Shown piece after piece: positions 15,838-21,714 of a stretch of 21,714 nucleotides of DNA. Source of the DNA: an uncultured Alphaproteobacteria bacterium (GTDB lineage: Bacteria; Pseudomonadota; Alphaproteobacteria; Rs-D84); assembly GCA_944392815.1 (NCBI GenBank), contig CALXXY010000009.1, positions 1 to 21,714 on the forward strand. Direction: 5' to 3'. The notes beneath the pieces were generated by a model. The model saw nothing but the letters and a program-made list of their open reading frames with translations. It was not told where the DNA came from and searched no databases. Every line of letters starts with the position of its first letter. Position 1 is the stretch's first letter. A program made the translations under genes and the position numbers.

Positions 15838-17226
15838 ATGGCACAGAAACAAAAAAATTTTTATCAACATAAATACGCATTTGGCGGCGTGATATGTATG
15901 GCGGTGATTGCACTGTTTGCGACCGCGACAAATGCGGCGGTTGTATCACGTGGCGGCACCACGGCGCGCGCGTCTGCACGCGGAAATGTCGCCGCCCGTA
16001 TGCCCAGTGCGTCTGTATCAACCACAACCGCCACTGCAACAAATACAACGACGACTACAACAACCACAACGGCCGCCGCCGATACAGAACCAGAACCGGA
16101 ACCAGAACCCGTTGTCATAGAAAATAAAACGTCCCAATTCGACGATGTTTTGTCTCAATCCAGCACTTCATCAAATTCGGACACATCTGCCAGTGCACTG
16201 GCCGAATTGGTCGCGGCCCAGCGTGCCGAGTTGGATTCACAATCCGCAATAACCACGGCCACCGCGGCAACCACCACCGGCAACAGCAGTGCATGTGATA
16301 CGGGTCTGCGCGGGTGTATGCGTGAAAAATGCGGCGATGATTTTACCGAATGCGCCGGCGACACAGACACCATATGGGGCAACAAAATGGACGCGTGCCG
16401 CAACGATATTGACGCAACCTGTACGGGCGAACAATACCGGCTGTTTGCCTCGGAAATCAAGGCCGACCGTGACCTGAACGCCCAATTGGCGGCATATAAC
16501 GCAATAATAAATTGCGGCAATCAGTATAATGACTGTATCGTCACCGAATGTGGCACAACATTTTCAAAATGTTTGGGCAAATCTGCTGGCGACGCCGCAA
16601 TCGCAAAATGTGAAACAATTGCAAAAAATTGCACAGAACAGGACAGCGGCCTGGCGTCCCGCGCAATGCAGGTTTTTGCCAACCTGCGCGTTGACGCCGA
16701 AGAACAGGTCCAACGCGACGAAGAACGCCTGTACGAATTACGCGATGAAATGATTGCCCAGTGCCAAACATTGGGCGCAACGTTTGACGAACGCACATTC
16801 AGTTGCGTGTACACAGTGAATTTCTATGCCGGCGACGATGGCACATTATACGCCTCGAAAAAGGCATACGCCGGCGCGTCATTTGATTGCACCCCGAACT
16901 GGTTCGGGATTGACATCACAACATTTATGGAAAACGCGTACCGTTTGACCCGTTCGCAAACGTCTGCATCTGCGGCAATGTTGGGCTCTGGCCTGGGTGT
17001 TGCGACCGGCGCAATCACATCTGGGGCAATCGACCGCGCAATCGACAGATCCACAGCGGACAAAGCCCTAAAAGACGCAGAAAAAGAATACGAGGAAACA
17101 TTTGGCGAAAAGCCCGCCGCCACAAATTCATCTGACGACGAAGAAAAAGCAAGCGCCAAAGAAGAACGCCAAGCCAAACGTGACGAAAAGAAAGCAGAAC
17201 GTCAGGCAAAAAAAAACAGTAAATAG
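15838..17226 (+). CDS. Secreted Cys-rich protein with Thr/Glu-Pro linker, coiled coils, glycine-zipper helix and charged tail (operon gene 2)
   Basis: 462 aa; signal-like N-terminus ending TNA; poly-Thr and EPEPEPEP; two 6-Cys modules; AAMLGSGLGVATGAITSGAI. Confidence 0.85.
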   Translation: MAQKQKNFYQHKYAFGGVICMAVIALFATATNAAVVSRGGTTARASARGNVAARMPSASVSTTTATATNTTTTTTTTTAAADTEPEPEPEPVVIENKTSQFDDVLSQSSTSSNSDTSASALAELVAAQRAELDSQSAITTATAATTTGNSSACDTGLRGCMREKCGDDFTECAGDTDTIWGNKMDACRNDIDATCTGEQYRLFASEIKADRDLNAQLAAYNAIINCGNQYNDCIVTECGTTFSKCLGKSAGDAAIAKCETIAKNCTEQDSGLASRAMQVFANLRVDAEEQVQRDEERLYELRDEMIAQCQTLGATFDERTFSCVYTVNFYAGDDGTLYASKKAYAGASFDCTPNWFGIDITTFMENAYRLTRSQTSASAAMLGSGLGVATGAITSGAIDRAIDRSTADKALKDAEKEYEETFGEKPAATNSSDDEEKASAKEERQAKRDEKKAERQAKKNSK

Positions 17227-17229
17227 TCC

Positions 17230-20200
17230 ATGAAAAAATATCTGGTCAGCATCTTTACCATTATGTTCGCCGTTCCTGCAATGGCCAACATCTCTATTAC
17301 AGGTCGTATACTTGATGAACGTGGCGCACCACTTACGGGGGCATTCGTTATGGACCCGAACATGAGTGGCGTGGGCGGCTATGTGGAATCAGACGGCACA
17401 ATTCCATCGGACATTCCATTTTCAGATAACATAACCAGCCTGCAAATTTCCATGTTGGGCTATGAAACACAAACTGTTGCTGTAAACCCCAACAACCCTA
17501 ATATCGGTTCAATCCGCATGCAACCAGATACCGAAGTACTTGAAGATTCGAGAACAACCGCATGCCGATTCACCACAGGCAGCGACAAATTATACCACGA
17601 GATTAATTCAGATAAATGCTATCCATATGCTTGTCGCGATGCCCAATACGAGCCCAGCGGCAACTCGGTCGCCTGGTATACTGGTGGCAACTCGATATGT
17701 ATCGGTTCCGCCGACTCGGGTGGGCCATGTGCAAATTTTTGTGCGGGTGGCAATTGTCAATCCATAACAGTATACGATTCATGTGATTACGTAATCGGTC
17801 AAGAATGCACCCCAACAAATCCAACTGGATTCAGTTCAGCAATTTACGCTTGGAACGGCAGCACAAGAACGTGTGAAATACAATCTTGTGACCCGGGGTA
17901 CCGCCATAATACTGCCAACAACACGTGCGAATATCAAATTGGTCAAAATTGTTTAAGTGAACTTCGCGGCAATCACCATGCAAAAACAGCCACATGGCAA
18001 CTTGACGAATCTAACAATCTTGTTTGCAAAATCAGTGCATGTGAAAACAATCGTTATCAATACGATACAACATCCAATAAGTGTATTGATCAACAGGGTG
18101 AATCGTGTACTCCGGAAAAAACCGATCATGTTAAAGAAGCCAAATATACATACGACGCATCAACAGATACGCTACGTTGCGAAATAAAAAAGTGTGACAG
18201 TTCTGACTATACACCCAATGATGCAAAAACACAATGTATTCAAAGTCAGGGTGACTGCACACAAATAGCAAAAAATCGTGACAAAAATGCCACCGCTGGG
18301 GTCATGCGCGACGGTATATGCTATATAACAGATTGCGTACTCGGCTATGAACCACACGACGCTGGCACACGATGCCTTCAAAAAACAGGGACGGATTGTA
18401 CCCCAAAGTACAAAAGCCATTATTTGACCGCTAAATGGGTGTTGGATTCATCGAACAGCGAATTAATTTGCGAAATCAAAACATGTGATTCCCCAGAATA
18501 CGCCGTTGAAAACAACAAATGCGTCAAACAAACTGGCAAAGATTGTACATATACACCCAACCCAGACAATTTAATCGATACTGCCTCATTGCACCTGGTA
18601 AACGGAAAATTGGAATGCCGTATTGATAAATGCATCGATGAATATACGCCAAATGCCGCTGGTACCGCGTGTGAACAATCGGCTGGCGAATGTACACCAA
18701 CAGATCCGAACGCCGAAAACGGGGAATTAAAAAACGGAGTGTGCAAAATCATCGACTGTAAACCTGACTATGTTCTCAACAGAAAAAATAATAAATGTGA
18801 CTTAAAAACCGGCACAAATTGCGCCGACACCCTGCCTGCACGCGCAAACGTGGCGACAGCCGAATGGACATTGGGATCGGACAACGAATGGTATTGCGAG
18901 GCAAAAACGTGTGTTGTACCCAGGGCGCGCTATACTCTGGACAAAGATTCTAATACTTGTATCGAGGCCAAATCTGGCGACTGTAGTGTAAGTGGCATTC
19001 AAAACGCAACAAAAGGTGAATGGGAATGGGACACAATACAAAATGCGCATGTGTGTAAAGTTGTTGATTGCGTAAAAGATTATGTACCAAACGATGCGGG
19101 CGACGCATGTACACAAAGCAGCGGTCCATGTACCCCAGACGATCCGAACGCTGCGTCCGGTAAATTCCGCGGCGATACGTGCATAGTCACAGAATGTAAA
19201 CCCAATTTTACTAAAAAAGATGGTAAATGCATATCTAACGTTGGCGCCAAATGCAAACCCGATAATAATCGGCACGTAAAATCAGCCGTTTGGGAACAGC
19301 AAACAGATGGCACAATGGCATGTATAGTAAAAACATGTGACAGCGACAGATATGCAATCGAAAACAATGCATGCGTTGATAAAAAAGGAACCGCATGCCC
19401 AGATGATGAAAAACCAACCGATGCAAATGCAACTGCATTTGAAATGAAGTGGAAAAACGGCGCCCTGCGTTGTGAAATCACAGAATGCACAACAGAATAT
19501 TTGCCCAGCGACGACGGCCAAACATGCGTAAAAAGCGAAGGCGACTGTACAACAGAACAACTTGCAGAAATTGAACATGCAACCGCCGGTGAATTAAAAC
19601 GTGGCAAATGCCGTCCAACGGATTGCGCGGCTGGATTTGAACCAGATGGCAAAAAGTGTGTGGAAATATCCGGCAAATGTGACCCCATGCCCGAAAACGC
19701 GCGTCGCGCACATCGTGAATGGAACGCGGAAACCAACACTGAAACCTGTATAATTGACGAATGTAAATCGGATTACACACTGACAAATAATCAGTGCCTG
19801 AAACCACAATTATCCAAGGAAGACGCTCAAAAACAAATCGACGAACTGCGTAAAAACGCCGACGCAATGCGCGAACGCGAACAATCACTGGCAAACAGAA
19901 CGATTGGCGCTGCGGCAATTGGTGCGACCGGTATTGGCGGCATGCAACTGGCGTCCGCCCTGGCTGAACAGCGCGCCGATGACGCGGCCGAACAGGACAT
20001 GACGGCATACCTGGCCACATTCCGTTGCGATTATGGTGCGGGCCGCAACATATCGGGGGGCGAGGTTAACATCCAACTGCCCGGTGCAAATACGTTGTTG
20101 CCGCTGTATAACGAATATACAACATTGGCCGCGGATTTAAAAACCCGCAAAACGGCCCTGGGCATGGCCCCTGGTCTGGAATCCGAGGTTATCCTGGACG

Positions 20201-21216
20201 CGGCCACGTCCGGCCTGTATGACAATGAATCATTGGGCAAAACCGACGGCGCATACACATCGTTGGCGCGCGCCCTGTCCGATCCGAACAGTGCCGACGC
20301 AGCCGAATGGGCGACCCAGCGTGCCGACACGCAACAGCAATTAAAAACTGGTGCGATAACCGCCGGCGCGGGTGCTTTGGTTGGAATCGTTGGCAATGTT
20401 TTGACCAATTATGTCGGCGACCAACCCCGCGAACAATCCGCAGAAATCCGCGCAAAATATGATGCGAAACGCACACTGTTGTCCAAAAATTTAAGCTCGA
20501 CCCAAGAAGAATCCATGCGCGAAGCGATTACCAATGCCCCAGCCGTAGAAGAAGGCAAGGAACAAGACACATCAGCCACCAGCAATTCAAACATTGACAA
20601 CTTGTTCCAAACCACCGTATCCGAATGGCAATCGTCCTGTGCACAACAGGACGGCACCTGGGACGCACTGAACATAACATGCATTTGCCCAGGCAATGCT
20701 TGGTGGGATTTTATCAACGACGAATGTGTTGAACCAAATAATTCGGGTACAAATTTGAACATAACCACATCAAATGAATCCAAAACGCCCGTGGCAGTAT
20801 TCTTTGCAGATTCATTGTTTGACAGCGGAAAAACCACATTAAAATCAACAACCGAATTAAACAAATCAATCCAGGAACTGCGCACCGCTACATCTGGTGA
20901 AACAAACTTCAAATTGCTACTTGTTGGATACACAGATACAGACAGAATTTTAACCTGGAAAGATATTTGCACCAAAGACAAAATTTGCGACAACAACGCA
21001 TTGGGTCGTGCCCGTGCACAAACTGTTGCAGATTACATAAAATCGCAATGGCCTGACCTGTCGACAAACGCCATAAGTGTTGACACCGCTGGCGAACAAT
21101 GCGCAAAAAACACAACCGATGCCAAGCAAAAGGCGCTGTACAGAAAAGTTGCGGTATACGTCGCATTCGACGGCGAAGCCCTGCCTGTATCGGGCGAATA
21201 TTGCAACGCCCAATAA
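17230..21216 (+). CDS. Large exported protein: CarboxypepD_reg-like domain, 14 four-Cys repeats, coiled coil and glycine zippers, OmpA-like C-terminal domain (operon gene 3)
   Basis: 1328 aa; signal peptide ending AMA; ITGRILDERGAPLTGA..ISMLGYETQ; repeats G..C..C.I..C...Y......C; LFDSGK..LVGYTD..NNALGRARAQTVADYI..GE..RKV. Confidence 0.85.
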   Translation: MKKYLVSIFTIMFAVPAMANISITGRILDERGAPLTGAFVMDPNMSGVGGYVESDGTIPSDIPFSDNITSLQISMLGYETQTVAVNPNNPNIGSIRMQPDTEVLEDSRTTACRFTTGSDKLYHEINSDKCYPYACRDAQYEPSGNSVAWYTGGNSICIGSADSGGPCANFCAGGNCQSITVYDSCDYVIGQECTPTNPTGFSSAIYAWNGSTRTCEIQSCDPGYRHNTANNTCEYQIGQNCLSELRGNHHAKTATWQLDESNNLVCKISACENNRYQYDTTSNKCIDQQGESCTPEKTDHVKEAKYTYDASTDTLRCEIKKCDSSDYTPNDAKTQCIQSQGDCTQIAKNRDKNATAGVMRDGICYITDCVLGYEPHDAGTRCLQKTGTDCTPKYKSHYLTAKWVLDSSNSELICEIKTCDSPEYAVENNKCVKQTGKDCTYTPNPDNLIDTASLHLVNGKLECRIDKCIDEYTPNAAGTACEQSAGECTPTDPNAENGELKNGVCKIIDCKPDYVLNRKNNKCDLKTGTNCADTLPARANVATAEWTLGSDNEWYCEAKTCVVPRARYTLDKDSNTCIEAKSGDCSVSGIQNATKGEWEWDTIQNAHVCKVVDCVKDYVPNDAGDACTQSSGPCTPDDPNAASGKFRGDTCIVTECKPNFTKKDGKCISNVGAKCKPDNNRHVKSAVWEQQTDGTMACIVKTCDSDRYAIENNACVDKKGTACPDDEKPTDANATAFEMKWKNGALRCEITECTTEYLPSDDGQTCVKSEGDCTTEQLAEIEHATAGELKRGKCRPTDCAAGFEPDGKKCVEISGKCDPMPENARRAHREWNAETNTETCIIDECKSDYTLTNNQCLKPQLSKEDAQKQIDELRKNADAMREREQSLANRTIGAAAIGATGIGGMQLASALAEQRADDAAEQDMTAYLATFRCDYGAGRNISGGEVNIQLPGANTLLPLYNEYTTLAADLKTRKTALGMAPGLESEVILDAATSGLYDNESLGKTDGAYTSLARALSDPNSADAAEWATQRADTQQQLKTGAITAGAGALVGIVGNVLTNYVGDQPREQSAEIRAKYDAKRTLLSKNLSSTQEESMREAITNAPAVEEGKEQDTSATSNSNIDNLFQTTVSEWQSSCAQQDGTWDALNITCICPGNAWWDFINDECVEPNNSGTNLNITTSNESKTPVAVFFADSLFDSGKTTLKSTTELNKSIQELRTATSGETNFKLLLVGYTDTDRILTWKDICTKDKICDNNALGRARAQTVADYIKSQWPDLSTNAISVDTAGEQCAKNTTDAKQKALYRKVAVYVAFDGEALPVSGEYCNAQ

Positions 21217-21254
21217 CCCAAAACGCCGTTTTCTTGATATCGTATAATAACACG

Positions 21255-21282
21255 AAATGCCCACAGACGGTGGGCATTTTTT
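21255..21282 (+). terminator. Intrinsic terminator of the three-gene operon
   Basis: aaatgcccac-agacg-gtgggcattt-ttt. Confidence 0.8.
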
Positions 21283-21313
21283 CTTATAAATATCCCCGCA
21301 ACATTCACGGGCT

Positions 21314-21430
21314 GCCCCCACGCGCCCCACCACGCAAAGCGCGCCTCCCCTCCGCAGGGGGAACTTTAGCCCGCGACGGTACGTAGCCAGTTCCCCTCCA
21401 TTGGAGGGGTGGGCGCAGCCCGGGGTGGTC
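21314..21430. repeat. REP-like palindromic pair of the CCCCTCC/GGAGGGG type
   Basis: ctcccctccgcagggggaac ... gttcccctccattggaggggtgggcgcagcccggggtggt; perfect cccctcc-att-ggagggg hairpin at 21393-21409. Confidence 0.6.
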
Positions 21431-21466
21431 AGAGAGTTCAAGAAAACACACTTACTCCCATAACCT

Positions 21467-21645
21467 GTCATTCCCGCGCCCGGGGTCCCCGCAAACACGA
21501 ATGTGTTTGTGGGGTGGACAAGGCGGGAATAGGGTCTATAAAATTCGTATCGCAGATTTCAGACAAATAAAAACACAACGCAGAATTATTCCCTCAATTA
21601 AATAACTAATAACAACCACAGCCCTATTCCCGCCTGCGCGGGAAT
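21467..21645. repeat. dRS3-like (ATTCCC-N8-GGGAAT) inverted repeat pair; left arm interrupted by a 41-bp hairpin
   Basis: Right arm attccc-gcctgcgc-gggaat (21626-21645); perfect 14-bp IR 21521-21534 / 21622-21635; left arm gtcattcccgcgc[21480-21520]aggcgggaat. Confidence 0.75.
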
Positions 21646-21648
21646 AAT

Positions 21649-21673
21649 AAAAACGGGGCAACGCCCCGTTTTT
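21649..21673. terminator. Bidirectional intrinsic terminator
   Basis: aaaaacggggc-aac-gccccgttttt. Confidence 0.8.
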
Positions 21674-21714
21674 GTTCGAACACCTTTAACTGTTTTTATT
21701 CACATGCGCCATAC

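Noticed and set aside
14128-21216. Prophage or known secretion-system locus
   Set aside because: No capsid, terminase, integrase, ATPase, secretin or VirB/Tss-like genes are recognisable.
1235-21498. Numerous antisense and alternate-frame ORFs of 60-220 aa in the ORF track
   Set aside because: They overlap well-supported genes or repeat DNA, have no recognisable motifs, and are expected shadows of codon bias.
21686-21714. 3' end of a minus-strand gene (..MAHVNKNS*) entering from the right edge
   Set aside because: Plausible given the bidirectional terminator, but under 30 bp is visible, which is insufficient to call.

Overview
Bacterial chromosomal window, most likely alphaproteobacterial (divergent ppiD/tpiA pair). 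A gut-associated lineage such as Rs-D84/'Ca. Enterousia' is my inference only. Housekeeping and metabolic genes (choloylglycine-hydrolase family, YgjV-like, DUF1015, ppiD-like, tpiA, grpE) are interspersed with unusual exported proteins. (i) A 29-aa-repeat surface protein gene is bracketed by a duplicated 33-bp terminator and looks like an inserted cassette. (ii) A ~1280-aa protein combines ankyrin repeats, an apparently catalytically dead subtilase and a beta-barrel. (iii) A tightly coupled three-gene operon encodes Cys-rich secreted proteins with a shared 6-Cys module, glycine-zipper hydrophobic helices, a 14-repeat disulfide stalk and an OmpA-like anchor; this is the best candidate for an undescribed envelope/contact system. 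Both ends of the window carry dense palindromic non-coding elements: a 143-bp-period structured repeat, a 140-bp element with tRNA-3'-like inverted ends next to an AT-rich ADP-ribosyltransferase-like gene, and a dRS3-like repeat with a nested hairpin insertion. No rRNA, intact tRNA, CRISPR array, transposase or integrase was seen. All family assignments are by motif recognition, not database search.
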